A DNA stretch of 64,000 bases from a candidate division WOR-3 bacterium. GTDB taxonomy: Bacteria > Hydrothermota > Tepidihabitantia > Tepidihabitantales > Tepidihabitantaceae. The stretch lies in the NCBI GenBank assembly GCA_965649225.1, contig CBFGJX010000009.1, positions 1 to 64,000 of the forward strand. Direction: 5' to 3'. Position numbers and translations under genes: made by a program. A model generated the notes under the pieces. The model searched no databases, had not been told where the DNA came from, and worked only from the letters and a program-made list of their open reading frames with translations. Below are positions 19,227 through 29,772 of this stretch, in pieces; the first letter of the stretch is position 1, and each line of letters opens with the position of its first letter.

Positions 19227-20747
19227 ATGATGAATCAATTACTGGTCGTTGTATTGACAGTATTCGCCGGCACCATGCCGGCCGCGGCCGATTACCTCGC
19301 CCTGGTCACGCCCGGACCGCTCGGTCGCGCGCCGCTGGCCGACGGCCCGGTGCGCGTGTATCACGACTTGGGCACGTCGTTCCTGACACGGCTGGCCGAC
19401 ACCGAGGCCCCGTTGCTGGAAAACGCCGGCTGCACCTGGCGCGTGCTCGATGCGCCGTTCCATGCCGGCGAGTACTTTGTCGTGCCCCGCGTGGGCAGGA
19501 ACTCATCCGGCGCGCCGGGCACCGTCGTGTACGAGGACGAGCGCGTGCGCATCGTCCGCCTGAGCGAAGCCGAGGCCTGTGCTGCGAAGGGGCGCGGTCT
19601 GGTCATCTATCCGCTGTCGCACCGTGGACAGGCAATCGCACCGGCCCTTGACGCGCGTTTTGACTGGGAGCCCGACACCGCGGTGGCGCGGCTGGTGAGA
19701 ATGGTCGAACTGGACCGCCAGATTGCCGACATCCGGCGACTGCAGGACTTCGGCACGCGCTACACCCTGAATCGCCGGTGCGACACCGCCGGGTACTGGC
19801 TCTACGAACAGTTCGCCGCGCTCGGCTGGGCCGTGCGAACCGACACCTACTACATCAACACGGCCCGGGCTTTCAATGTCGAAGCGACCCTGCCCGGCAC
19901 AGTGCGGCCGGACAGCATCGTCATCGCCTGCGGCCACTACGACTCGTACAGCGACCAGCCGCACGCGCGCGCTCCGGGCGCGGACGACAACGGTACCGGA
20001 ACCGCAATACTGCTCGAACTTGCCCGCGTGCTCCGGGAAAAAAGATTCCGCTGGACAATCAAACTGCTTGCCTTCTCCGGCGAGGAGCAGTGGATGAAAG
20101 GCTCGTATCACTGGGTTGATTCGGTCGCGGTGCCGCAGGGATTGAAGATATCCGGCGCGTTCAATGTCGACATGATCGGCTACACCGCCCACGACACGAA
20201 CTACCTCGTGATCAACACCAACGAGCCGTCGCGGCCGCTGGCGGTCCTCGCCGAGTCAACCAACCGCTGGTATGGCATCGGCCTGAACCTGCTCAACTAT
20301 CTCGACCCGGACTGTTATGGCGACAACACACCGTTCTGGGAGCGAGGGTTCAAGTCCACATTCGCGCTCGAAGACTCGGAGTGGGGCATCTGGAACGGCT
20401 CCAACCCCTACTATCATACGATTCACGACACGGTCGGCATCATCACGCCGGGTCAGGTCCTGCGCACGGCCCGACTCACTGTCGCCTGTGTCGCTCACGT
20501 CGCCGGACCCGAAACTGTCTCGGCGCTGACCGAACCCGGCGCTCAGCACCCGGCCGCGCGCGGCTGGGCCTCGCCGTTCTTTCATGACCTGATCCGGGCC
20601 GGAAACAGCCGGCTGGAAATCTACTCGCCCGATGGCCGGCTTGCCGGCCGCCGCCAGACCCCGCAAGCTGCTCCGGGACTGCCGGCCGGAATCTACTGGC
20701 TGCGCACCGCCGACGGCCGGCTGCACCGCATCGTCAAGCTGCGTTGA
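19227..20747 (+). CDS. M28-family metallopeptidase with short CTD
   Basis: GHYDS, PGADDNGTG, FSGEEQ, NVDM, YHT..D; tail GLPAGIYWLR. Confidence 0.9.
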   Translation: MMNQLLVVVLTVFAGTMPAAADYLALVTPGPLGRAPLADGPVRVYHDLGTSFLTRLADTEAPLLENAGCTWRVLDAPFHAGEYFVVPRVGRNSSGAPGTVVYEDERVRIVRLSEAEACAAKGRGLVIYPLSHRGQAIAPALDARFDWEPDTAVARLVRMVELDRQIADIRRLQDFGTRYTLNRRCDTAGYWLYEQFAALGWAVRTDTYYINTARAFNVEATLPGTVRPDSIVIACGHYDSYSDQPHARAPGADDNGTGTAILLELARVLREKRFRWTIKLLAFSGEEQWMKGSYHWVDSVAVPQGLKISGAFNVDMIGYTAHDTNYLVINTNEPSRPLAVLAESTNRWYGIGLNLLNYLDPDCYGDNTPFWERGFKSTFALEDSEWGIWNGSNPYYHTIHDTVGIITPGQVLRTARLTVACVAHVAGPETVSALTEPGAQHPAARGWASPFFHDLIRAGNSRLEIYSPDGRLAGRRQTPQAAPGLPAGIYWLRTADGRLHRIVKLR

Positions 20748-20769
20748 ACCCCGCCGCGGGAAAAACGCA

Positions 20770-20795
20770 CCGGGCGGCGCAAATGCGCCGCCCGG
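20770..20795. terminator. Bidirectional intrinsic terminator
   Basis: Perfect 11-bp stem CCGGGCGGCGC/GCGCCGCCCGG between convergent genes, with an A-run on the left and TTT on the right. Confidence 0.75.
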
Positions 20796-20814
20796 CAGTT
20801 TCTGGTGTGCAGCC

Positions 20815-21096
20815 TTACCAGCGATTGCCGCCGCTGGCCGCACCTTCATTGCGCGGCTTGGCCGGGCTGACCGTCAGCGGCCGACCATCCATGGGCTGGT
20901 TGTTGAGCGCCGCAATCGCAGCCGCCGCGGCCTCTTCCGACTCCATCTCAACGAAACCGAAGCCGCGGGAACGCTGGGAATAGCGGTCCTTGACTACTTC
21001 GGCCGTCTTGACGGCGCCATGCTTGCTGAACAGCTCACGCAGCTGCTCATCGGTAGCGCTGAAGGGAAGATTCCCTACAAAAATGCGCTGACTCAT
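20815..21096 (-). CDS. RRM (RNP-1) RNA-binding protein
   Basis: IFVGNL (RNP2), RGFGFVEM (RNP1); GGAGG SD; ATG 21096. Confidence 0.95.
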   Translation of the reverse strand: MSQRIFVGNLPFSATDEQLRELFSKHGAVKTAEVVKDRYSQRSRGFGFVEMESEEAAAAAIAALNNQPMDGRPLTVSPAKPRNEGAASGGNRW

Positions 21097-21344
21097 CAGA
21101 ATACCTCCGATGGGTTGTAAGCTTGGGATGCGGTGGTCGGTGCTACGGTCGGGTCTTCGGACGCGAACCGGACACGGGCCAGACACGAACTCAAGCTTCT
21201 GCAACGGACCTGCATTGACTTGTATCGGGAAGAGAGGTCCTTATCCACCCGACAATAAATAATAGCGGCCGCCTGGTAACCGTCAAGTTCTGCGGTCTGT
21301 CGTTGCCGGGTTGACAGCCCGCTGCGCCGCCCCACACTGATGCT

Positions 21345-24071
21345 GTGACAATACTGCTTGCCGCCGCACTTGCCGTCGCGTCCCCGCAACTGCTCGTGGT
21401 GCCTGACCCGGAATGCCGCGCGGCCGAGCTGCTGGCCGGGCCGGGCGTGATGAGCGTCGGCCGGACCGATGCGTCCCTGCTGCTGGTCGACTCGCCCGAG
21501 TCCCGCGCCGCGCTTGAACGCGCCGGCAGCGCCTTCGCCCCGCTCGCTGCGGCCGAATCATTTTGCCTGGTCTGGCATTCCGGCAAGGCCCTGCCCGGCG
21601 CGCTGGTGCATGAAGACAGCGTCGCCCTCGTTCCGCTGTCCTCACTGCGCCATTCGTCATTCGGATTCCGCCACTGCCCTCTGCCCGCGCCGTTCCCGCT
21701 TGCCCCGCCCGCGCGGTTCTCCGCGACCCTGCCCGACCGGCCCGACACGGCCATCCAGCGCATCATCGGCCGCATCAGCGCCGACTCGGTGCGCGCGCAC
21801 ATCGCCCGGCTCTGCGCGGTGCGCACGCGCTGGTCGCCGGCCGATTCCTGCCGCTCGGCCGAGCGGCAACTGGCGGCTTACTTCCGCTCGCTCGGCTACG
21901 ACTCGGTGTACCTGCAGGCCTACCCGCGCGGCGCCGACACCTGGCACAATGTCATCGCGACCAAGGTCGGCCGGCGCAACCCGGACAAGCTGCTGGTCAT
22001 CGGCGGGCACATGGACGCGATATCGGAGTGTCCCGAAACCCTGGCCCCGGGTGCCGAAGACAATGCCTCGGGCGCCGCGATGGCGATCGAGGCGGCGCGG
22101 GTGCTCGCGGCCGAGAACCTCGACCAGACCGTCATCTTCATCGCTTTCACCGGCGAGGAGCAGGGACTGTTCGGCTCGGACGCGCACGCCCGCTGGCTGC
22201 GCGCGCGCTCGGCCGAGGTGCTGGCGATGCTCAACTTCGATATGGTCGCGTGGCCGGGCGGGGCGTGGGGAGTGCGGCTCGTGGGTCTCGAGCCGACCCG
22301 CCGGCTCTGCCAGTTGCAGGCGCGGATGGCCGCGCTGTACACGCCGCTCGCGACGAGCCTGTCCTACCGCAGTTTCCCTTCGGATTCGCGCTCGTACGAG
22401 CTGCAGGGCTATCCCGCGACCTCGGGCTACGAATACGGCTCGATCGGCTACCAGTGGTATCACACGTCGGGCGACACGCTGGGCAACATCGACCCGGCGC
22501 TCGGCGCCGATGTCTGCCGGATGGCCACGGCGACGCTGGTGCATCTTGCGCTGGCGCCGCTCGCGCCGCCGGGGCTGCGCGTGGCCGACGCCGGCAACGG
22601 CACGAGCCTGTGCGCCTCGTGGCAGCCGAGCGCCGCGCCCGACCTTGCCGGCTACAAGCTGCTCTGGGGCCCGGCACCGTACAGCTACACCGACTCGGTT
22701 CTGCTCGGCCGGGTCAACTCGTACCGGGTGGACGGACTTGCGCCGGGCACACGCTATCACTTCACGGTCACCGCGCTGGACTCGACCGGACACGAAAGCG
22801 GCCCGGCTCCCGAAGACAGCGCCGCGCCCGGAGTGGTGCCGCGGCCGCCGAACGGGCTGGCGCTCCTGCCGTTTCGCTTCGGCAACGCGCTGTGGTGGCG
22901 GCCGAATCCTGAGCTGGACCTTGCCGGCTACAATGTCTGGCGCACGAGCACGGGCGGCGGCTGGCGCCGGCTCAATTCGGCGCTGGTCACCGACACGCTC
23001 TGGCGCGACTCGGGTATCGGCGCGGAATCGCTCTGGGTCTACGCGGTGAGCGCGGTCGACTCGACGGGCAACGAGAGCCCGAAATCCGACACGGTGCGGG
23101 GCCGGCCGATAACGCTGGAGCGCGGCATCCTGCTGGTTGACGAAACGCGCGACGGCTCGGGCGCGCCCGGTTCTCCGAGTGATGCCCAGCAGGACGCGTT
23201 CTACCACGCGCTGCTTGCGGGCTACACCTTCACCGACTGGGACGCGGCCGCCGCCGGCATACCCGGGGCAGGCGACTTCGGACCGTACTCGACCGTGTTC
23301 TGGCACGCCGACGACTACACCCAGCAGCTCATTGCGCCCTCGGTGCCAGGTCTTGCCAACTACCTCGAGCACGGCGGGCACCTGCTCTATTCCGGCTGGA
23401 AACCCATCGCCGGCATCGCCGGCTCGAACTCCTACCCGTTCACCTTTGCACCGGGCAGCTTCGCCTTTGACCGGCTGGGCATCGCGCGGGCCGAGCAGGC
23501 CGCAGCGGCCGACTTCATCGGAGCTGTGGGCCTTGCCGGCTATCCCGACATCGCGATTGACTCGGCCAAGCTGCTGCCGGCTCTGCGCGGCCGCCTGCCC
23601 TATGTCGACTGTCTCCTGCCCGCGACTGCCGAACCGGTGCTCGGGTACCGCTCGTTCTCGGGTGATACATTTGCCGGCAAGCCGGTGGCGCTGCGCCAGG
23701 GCCTGCCGGCGCGCGCCATCGCGCTCGGGTTTCCGCTGTACTACGCGGTCGAATCCACCGCGGAAGGGTTTGCCCGCCGCGCCCTTTCCGACCTTGGCGA
23801 ACCCTACGGCATTGCCGAGAACCCGCAGCCAGCGGTTGGCGGCTCGCAACTCACCGCCAGCCATGCCCGCAGGGTCCTCAATCTCACGGCCAATCCCGGT
23901 GACCCGGCAACTGAATTTGTACTCCTTGACGCTTCCGGCCGCCGCGTTCTCTCGCTCAGGTCCGGCGCCAACGACATCTCATTGCTGCCTCCGGGCGTGT
24001 ACTTCGTGCGACCAGCATCGGGTGTGGTGCGCCAGACTGGGGCTACGGGCCGCATCGTCGTTGTCCACTAG
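21345..24071 (+). CDS. M28 peptidase + fibronectin III domains + T9SS CTD
   Basis: GHMD, PGAEDNASG, FTGEEQG, NFDM, WYHT; FN3 motifs; tail LLDASGRRVL..NDISLLPPGVYF. Confidence 0.9.
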   Translation: MTILLAAALAVASPQLLVVPDPECRAAELLAGPGVMSVGRTDASLLLVDSPESRAALERAGSAFAPLAAAESFCLVWHSGKALPGALVHEDSVALVPLSSLRHSSFGFRHCPLPAPFPLAPPARFSATLPDRPDTAIQRIIGRISADSVRAHIARLCAVRTRWSPADSCRSAERQLAAYFRSLGYDSVYLQAYPRGADTWHNVIATKVGRRNPDKLLVIGGHMDAISECPETLAPGAEDNASGAAMAIEAARVLAAENLDQTVIFIAFTGEEQGLFGSDAHARWLRARSAEVLAMLNFDMVAWPGGAWGVRLVGLEPTRRLCQLQARMAALYTPLATSLSYRSFPSDSRSYELQGYPATSGYEYGSIGYQWYHTSGDTLGNIDPALGADVCRMATATLVHLALAPLAPPGLRVADAGNGTSLCASWQPSAAPDLAGYKLLWGPAPYSYTDSVLLGRVNSYRVDGLAPGTRYHFTVTALDSTGHESGPAPEDSAAPGVVPRPPNGLALLPFRFGNALWWRPNPELDLAGYNVWRTSTGGGWRRLNSALVTDTLWRDSGIGAESLWVYAVSAVDSTGNESPKSDTVRGRPITLERGILLVDETRDGSGAPGSPSDAQQDAFYHALLAGYTFTDWDAAAAGIPGAGDFGPYSTVFWHADDYTQQLIAPSVPGLANYLEHGGHLLYSGWKPIAGIAGSNSYPFTFAPGSFAFDRLGIARAEQAAAADFIGAVGLAGYPDIAIDSAKLLPALRGRLPYVDCLLPATAEPVLGYRSFSGDTFAGKPVALRQGLPARAIALGFPLYYAVESTAEGFARRALSDLGEPYGIAENPQPAVGGSQLTASHARRVLNLTANPGDPATEFVLLDASGRRVLSLRSGANDISLLPPGVYFVRPASGVVRQTGATGRIVVVH

Positions 24072-24232
24072 ATTGAGGCTTGTTTTGACACGCGGCAGCC
24101 GGCCGGGGATAATATAGCCGAAGAATCGTCCCGCAGCGCGGGTCTAAGGGTTATGCAGGCAGTAGAAGAGATGCAGGCCGCCCCGGGCGGCCGCACAGTT
24201 TTTTGGCTGTTTATCAGACGCGGAGGTCTATA

Positions 24233-26950
24233 GTGAAAGCAGTCCTGACCGTGGTCCTGTCCGTTCTGTTGACCGGCGCCGCTTTCGGCGTTCCCCGGTC
24301 CCACTACAACATGGGTCCGGCCCGCGGGTTCACGCCCGAGGCCGGCAGCCCCGATGTTATCGAGCTGGCCAACGGGTTTGTCATCGACACCCGCGCCGGC
24401 GAGCCGGCACTGCCGACCGGGCTTGGCATCGAGCCACCGGCCGGCCGCGCCCTCTACATTATCCAGTTTACCGGGCCGGTGCTTGGCGCGTGGCGCGACG
24501 CACTGGTGCGCGCCGGTGCCGGGCTCTACGGTGCGCTGCCCGCCAACGCGATGCTGGCGTGGCTCACCCCCGAGACCCGCGCCGCGGTCGCCGCGCTGCC
24601 GATGGTAAAGTGGACCGGGCTGTACCAGCCGGGCTACAAGCTGGAAGACAAGCTGCTCGATGCCCGGGGCGAGCGGACCGTGGTCATTCTGCTTGCGCGC
24701 GGGGCCGACGCGGCCACGGTGACCGAGGCGATCGAGTCGCACGGCGGGACGGTTCGCGACGTGATGACCTCCAGCTTCGGCACGACGATTACCGCAACCC
24801 TGGACGGCGCCGACATCCCGGCCCTGGCCCGGATGCAGGAGACATTCTGGATTCAGGAGTATGCCGAGGGCTCGTTCACCAACAATGCCTGCCAGTGGGT
24901 GATGCAGAGCGGCTGGTTGTCCTCGGCCCCGCCCGACACCTCGCTTGCGGCGCGGCCGGTGTGGCGCAACGGCGTGCGCGGCCAGGGTGTAATCATGTCC
25001 ACCACCGACACCGGTCTGAACCTCGGCCACGACATGTTCCGCGACCCGGCGCTGTCGGTGCAGAAGCCCGGGGTCTGGCCGACCCATCGCAAGGTCGTGG
25101 CCTACAAGCGTTACGGCACTGCCGACACCAGCGAAGGGCAGTATCACGGCTCGCATGTCAACGGCACCATCGCCGGCGATGATTCGGTCACCGGCGGCAC
25201 CAGCTTCTACGACGGCATGGCGAAATCCGGTCGCCTTTACTTCGTCGATGTCACCAATGGCACTTCCTTTCTTGTCCCCACCGACCATACGCCGATGTGG
25301 GACACGGTTTATCTCGGCCGCGGGCTGCCCGATTCGCTCAAACCCATCAAGCAGCACTCCGGCTCCTGGGGCTGGTCCAACTCCTCCGGCACCTACCTGT
25401 TGCAGGACGCCTCGACCGATCAGTACTGCTGGGTTCATCCCGACTGGCTCTGTCTGATGGCTGCGGGCAACGAGAGTTCAACCCGTCGCCTGCGCAACCC
25501 GGGCATCGCCAAGAACGTCCTCACCATCGGCGCGACCCAGAACGGCACGCTCGCCAATGCCATCGCCTCTTTCTCCTCGCGAGGCCCGACTCAGGACAAC
25601 CGCATCAAGCCCAATATCGTCGCTCCGGGTGACCTGCTCTGGTCGGCACGTTCGACCGGCACCAATACCTACCAGTCAATGTCCGGCACCTCGATGGCCA
25701 CACCCGCCGCCAACGGCACGGTCGGCCTGATGCGCTGCTATCTGCAGGAAGGCTACTACCCGACCGGCACCCCGGTCCCGGGCAACCGGATATCCTATAT
25801 CTCCTCGGCCCTGCTGCGGGCGATGGCAATGGTCTCGGCCGACCCCAATGTCGGCAGTTACACCGTGCCCGATTTCAATATCGGCTGGGGTCGGGTTGAC
25901 GCCGACTCGGTACTCTACTTTGCCGGTGACCTGCGCAAGCTGATGCTCGCCGACGACACCATCGGCCTGGCCACCGGTGAATACAAAGAGCAGCAGTTCC
26001 GGGTCAACTCTTCGATTCCGCTGCGGGTGGCACTGGCCTGGACCGACACTGCCGCCGCACCATCGGCTACCCGCACACTGGTCAATAACCTCAATCTCCA
26101 GCTCGTCTCGCCGAGCGGCGTCCAGTACTGGGGCAACCAGTACTCCTCGGGCCAGTCCACACCCAACCCGACACTGCGTGACTCGATCAACGTCGAGGAA
26201 TGTGCCCGGGTGAACGCCCCCGACACCGGCCTCTGGACTCTGCGCGTTTATGGCCAGAATGTCGCCACCAGCTCGAGACAGCGCTTCGCCTGGGCTCTGA
26301 CCGGTGACGTCGCCGGCGTTTCGCTCACCCACGATGTTGGCGTGACGGCGATTCTTGCTCCGCCCGACACGATGGACTATGGCGACAGCATCATCCCGGT
26401 CGGCGTTGTCCAGAACTTCGGCGCTGAAACCGAAACCTTCGACGTCTGGTTCACCATCGGCACCGGCTACTCGGTCAATCGCACTATCAGCCTCGCGGCC
26501 GGCGCGGTTGACACCGTCGAGTTCGACATCTGGCATGCCGATTCGGTTGGTCGCTTCTCGACCCGCTGCACCACCGCGCTCGGCAGCGACGAGAACCCGG
26601 CCAACAACTGCTTTGACGGCTGGGTCGTTGTCCGGCCCCTGACCGGGGTCGAGGAAGGCCGCGACCTGCCGACGGCGTTTGCGCTCGGCCGCGCCAATCC
26701 CAACCCGTTCCGCCGCGGGTTTAGCCTGAGCTATGCCCTGCCGCGCACTTCCCGGGTTGAGCTTTCGATTTACAGCGCCGCCGGCACGCTGGTTCGTACC
26801 CTCGAAACCGGCGAGCGGACTCCGGGCCGCTACTCAGTGCGCTGGGATGGCCGTGACCGCACTGGCCGCCCGGTCAGCCGCGGCATCTACTACATCCGCC
26901 TCAACGCCGACGGCTTCACCGCATCCGAAAAGCTGGTCAAGATCGACTAG
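24233..26950 (+). CDS. S8 subtilisin-like serine peptidase with FlgD/T9SS CTD
   Basis: DTG, HGSHVNG, AAGN, SGTSMATP; GGAGG SD before GTG 24233; tail PNPF...WDGRD...GIYY. Confidence 0.93.
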   Translation: MKAVLTVVLSVLLTGAAFGVPRSHYNMGPARGFTPEAGSPDVIELANGFVIDTRAGEPALPTGLGIEPPAGRALYIIQFTGPVLGAWRDALVRAGAGLYGALPANAMLAWLTPETRAAVAALPMVKWTGLYQPGYKLEDKLLDARGERTVVILLARGADAATVTEAIESHGGTVRDVMTSSFGTTITATLDGADIPALARMQETFWIQEYAEGSFTNNACQWVMQSGWLSSAPPDTSLAARPVWRNGVRGQGVIMSTTDTGLNLGHDMFRDPALSVQKPGVWPTHRKVVAYKRYGTADTSEGQYHGSHVNGTIAGDDSVTGGTSFYDGMAKSGRLYFVDVTNGTSFLVPTDHTPMWDTVYLGRGLPDSLKPIKQHSGSWGWSNSSGTYLLQDASTDQYCWVHPDWLCLMAAGNESSTRRLRNPGIAKNVLTIGATQNGTLANAIASFSSRGPTQDNRIKPNIVAPGDLLWSARSTGTNTYQSMSGTSMATPAANGTVGLMRCYLQEGYYPTGTPVPGNRISYISSALLRAMAMVSADPNVGSYTVPDFNIGWGRVDADSVLYFAGDLRKLMLADDTIGLATGEYKEQQFRVNSSIPLRVALAWTDTAAAPSATRTLVNNLNLQLVSPSGVQYWGNQYSSGQSTPNPTLRDSINVEECARVNAPDTGLWTLRVYGQNVATSSRQRFAWALTGDVAGVSLTHDVGVTAILAPPDTMDYGDSIIPVGVVQNFGAETETFDVWFTIGTGYSVNRTISLAAGAVDTVEFDIWHADSVGRFSTRCTTALGSDENPANNCFDGWVVVRPLTGVEEGRDLPTAFALGRANPNPFRRGFSLSYALPRTSRVELSIYSAAGTLVRTLETGERTPGRYSVRWDGRDRTGRPVSRGIYYIRLNADGFTASEKLVKID

Positions 26951-26969
26951 GCCGACTGGTTCGAAAACT

Positions 26970-27003
26970 GCCGGACCGGGCGTCTGCCCGGTCCGGCTCT
27001 TTT
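26970..27003. terminator. Intrinsic terminator
   Basis: 12-bp stem GCCGGACCGGGC/GCCCGGTCCGGC followed by TCTTTT. Confidence 0.8.
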
Positions 27004-27019
27004 ATCCGCGCCAGCGAAC

Positions 27020-29662
27020 CTAGCGCGCGACCACGACCCGCGCGACCGTCGAGCGGCGATTGCCGGCTGTCGTCTGCACGAAGTATGCTCCGGCGGCGAG
27101 GCCCGATACATCGTTGTCACCGGGCCGCAGCGCCATCACCTGCCGTCCGGTCGCGTCCAGCAACGTGAAGTCGGCCATACGGTCACTGTCGCCGGGTGTC
27201 AGATTGATGACCCCGCGGGCGTGACTGGCCGTCGGCCGCATGCCGCTGACAGTCAGCGTGCGGCCCTCCGCCAGCCCGCTCTGCTCAGTGTAAACCGCGG
27301 CCCAGGCCCGCGTGCACATCCATGGCGCCGGCGCGTAGCGGTGAAACAGCACCGCGGTCGAGCCGAAAGGCCCGCCGGCCACTGCCGGCCCGCCCTCCAT
27401 TTCCGCGGTGACCGCCGCGGGTATCGAGTTCGTGTCGATCAGGCCGCGCTCCGGGTCGATGCGCGCGATGTAAATATCGCGGCCAGCCGGGTTCGAGTCG
27501 GTCCACGCCGCGACGAAGTTGACCCCGTCGAAAGTCACCGCCGGTTCGATTCCGGCCGGCCCGCGCGATACCGCAAACCCGGCAGTGTCCACGCTTATTC
27601 CGAAAGTGTCCACGAGTGTGGCGTAGATGCGCTTGCCCGAGCGCGTGTCCTGCCAGACAACGCAGTACCGGCCGCGGCCATAGTCCAGTTGCAGCAGTTC
27701 CTGGTCCGCGGCCGCACGCGCAATGGTGAACCCGCCCGGATCCAGTATCTGCCGGTCGGGTGTGATGCGCACGCCGTAGATGTCGTAGCTGCCGTTGCGG
27801 TAGTCGGGCCACGCCGTCAGGTAGTTCGTCCCGTCGAATGCCATTCCCAGCCTGATGTGGTAGTTCCAGCCCTGGCCGTAGACCGCCGCCGCGACATCGA
27901 ACCCTTCGGGGTCGAGCACCGTACCGTTCTGCGCGATGCGCGCGGCGTAGATGTGGTAATCCGGGCCGATGAACTTCCAGAACGCGACCATCCAGTTCGT
28001 GCCGTCGAACGCCGCCGCCGGGTAGCGGTTGACGCTGGAGACCGAGGCGACCACAAACCCGTTCGGGTCGAGCACCCTGCCATCCAGACTCACCCGCGCC
28101 GCGTAGAGGTCCTCCAGCTGCCCGGTGCGGTAATCCTGCCACAGCACCAGCCAGCCCGAATCGCCCGCGACCACTTCGGCCGTGGTCGCGGGCCCGGGCG
28201 CAGTGCAGATGTCAAACGGCGCGCCGGTCGGTACCCCGTTCGCGTCGAGCAGGATACCGCGCAGGTCGGAATTGCTTACCGCCACCTGCTCCTGCCACAC
28301 CGCCAGCCAGTGCGAGCCGTTCCAGGCCGCCACCGGGTAATGTTGCCAGTGCGCCGAATACGCCAGCTGGATATTGGGGAACGGGTCGAGCACGACACCG
28401 GTCTGCGTCACCCGCGCCGCCATCGGGTCCTCGCCTCCCCCCACTCCGCCCGACTCGCGGTTGCCCGACGAAACGGTCATCCAGTTCGTACCGTCGAACC
28501 CGATGTCGGCAAACCACTGCGGCATCCCGTTGAGCGGAAATCCGTTCGGGTCGATCACCGTGCCGTCCGGCCGCACCCGCGCCGCGCCGCGCATCGCAAA
28601 CCCGTCGTCCTTGTAGGTCACGAGGAAGGTGCTGTCGCCCCAGCACACCTGCGGTATGCCCTCGTACTTCGAATCGTTGTTCACCACCGCCCGGCCGGTC
28701 GGGTCCAGCACCACGCCCGCGGTCGTGACCCGCGCGCCGTAAATCGACCACTGGTTGACGCTCGTGCCCTGGCGCCGGTCCTGCCACACGACATAGTAGT
28801 TCGTGCCGTCGAAGGTCGCGTCGGGAAAGAACCGGTCGTTCGCGCCCGAGCCGATGACAAATCCGCCCGGATCGCGCACCGTGCCGTCCGGCCCGACCCG
28901 GCCGCCCATTATCAGCTTGGCTGGTTCATCGTGCCAGGTCACCAGCCAGTCGCTGCCGCTGGTGGCTATCTCCGGATAAAGACAGCCGCCGCCCGAGAGC
29001 AGAATCCCCTCGGGGTCAAGCACGGTTCCGGCCGGGGTCACGCGCGCGCAGTAGGTTTTCCAGGTTGACGCCCGGTAGTCGGTCCATGCCACCAGATAGC
29101 TGCTGCCGTTGAACTCGACCGATGGTATCGTCTGCGTGTTCGTCGCGCCCGAAATGAGAAACCCGGCCGAGTCGATGACCTCGCCATTCTGATTCACGCG
29201 CGCGCCCCAGATGTCGGCGACGCCGGAGCGCGAATCCGACCACACCACCAGCCAGTTTGTGCCGTCGAACGCCACCGCCGGGAAGGACTCGTCGCCTGCC
29301 TTGCCCGAGATGACGATGTTCTGCGTATCGAGCACCTGCCCGCTGAAGTTGATACGCGTCGCGAAGATGTCGTTGGTCGTCTTGCGTCGGTTGTCGTGCC
29401 ACGCGACGAGGTAAGCGCTGTCGCCGCGGGCAAGCTCGACGTAGCTCTGCACGCCCTCGGCCGGTATCAGGCCGAGCGCAGAGTCCAGCATCAGCGCCGG
29501 CCCGATGCTGTCTGCGTCTGCGCCCGGATTCGGGATTCGGGGTTTCGGGCTTACCCGGCCCACTGGAGCCAGCACACCGCCGCCCAGGTCGCCGTAGATA
29601 TCGTCAGCCGCGGCCGCGAACGCGGCCCCGCACAACATAGCCAGCACAAGGATGCGTTTCAT
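27020..29662 (-). CDS. Secreted repeat (beta-propeller-like) protein with T9SS CTD
   Basis: Many ~55-aa repeats 'FDGTNxxVxWxDxR...IYGARVxxxGxVLDPxG'; signal peptide; CTD. Confidence 0.85.
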   Translation of the reverse strand: MKRILVLAMLCGAAFAAAADDIYGDLGGGVLAPVGRVSPKPRIPNPGADADSIGPALMLDSALGLIPAEGVQSYVELARGDSAYLVAWHDNRRKTTNDIFATRINFSGQVLDTQNIVISGKAGDESFPAVAFDGTNWLVVWSDSRSGVADIWGARVNQNGEVIDSAGFLISGATNTQTIPSVEFNGSSYLVAWTDYRASTWKTYCARVTPAGTVLDPEGILLSGGGCLYPEIATSGSDWLVTWHDEPAKLIMGGRVGPDGTVRDPGGFVIGSGANDRFFPDATFDGTNYYVVWQDRRQGTSVNQWSIYGARVTTAGVVLDPTGRAVVNNDSKYEGIPQVCWGDSTFLVTYKDDGFAMRGAARVRPDGTVIDPNGFPLNGMPQWFADIGFDGTNWMTVSSGNRESGGVGGGEDPMAARVTQTGVVLDPFPNIQLAYSAHWQHYPVAAWNGSHWLAVWQEQVAVSNSDLRGILLDANGVPTGAPFDICTAPGPATTAEVVAGDSGWLVLWQDYRTGQLEDLYAARVSLDGRVLDPNGFVVASVSSVNRYPAAAFDGTNWMVAFWKFIGPDYHIYAARIAQNGTVLDPEGFDVAAAVYGQGWNYHIRLGMAFDGTNYLTAWPDYRNGSYDIYGVRITPDRQILDPGGFTIARAAADQELLQLDYGRGRYCVVWQDTRSGKRIYATLVDTFGISVDTAGFAVSRGPAGIEPAVTFDGVNFVAAWTDSNPAGRDIYIARIDPERGLIDTNSIPAAVTAEMEGGPAVAGGPFGSTAVLFHRYAPAPWMCTRAWAAVYTEQSGLAEGRTLTVSGMRPTASHARGVINLTPGDSDRMADFTLLDATGRQVMALRPGDNDVSGLAAGAYFVQTTAGNRRSTVARVVVAR

Positions 29663-29772
29663 GGCGAAGTGAGTCTAGCCCTGCCCGCCGCACGGTCAAC
29701 CACCCTGCCTCGCCATTGCTTGTGTCGAGCCAGCCGGTCAGGTACAATGAAGTCAAACCCTGGGAGAAACAC

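Noticed and set aside
24121..24165. c-di-GMP-I riboswitch (GGGTCTAAG similarity)
   Set aside because: Lacks the GGCAAA / GAAA-loop P1-P2 elements; only a short motif matches.
27020..29662. CRISPR-like periodic repeats
   Set aside because: Periodicity is protein-level (degenerate codons) within a coding frame; no identical repeats with spacers and no cas genes.
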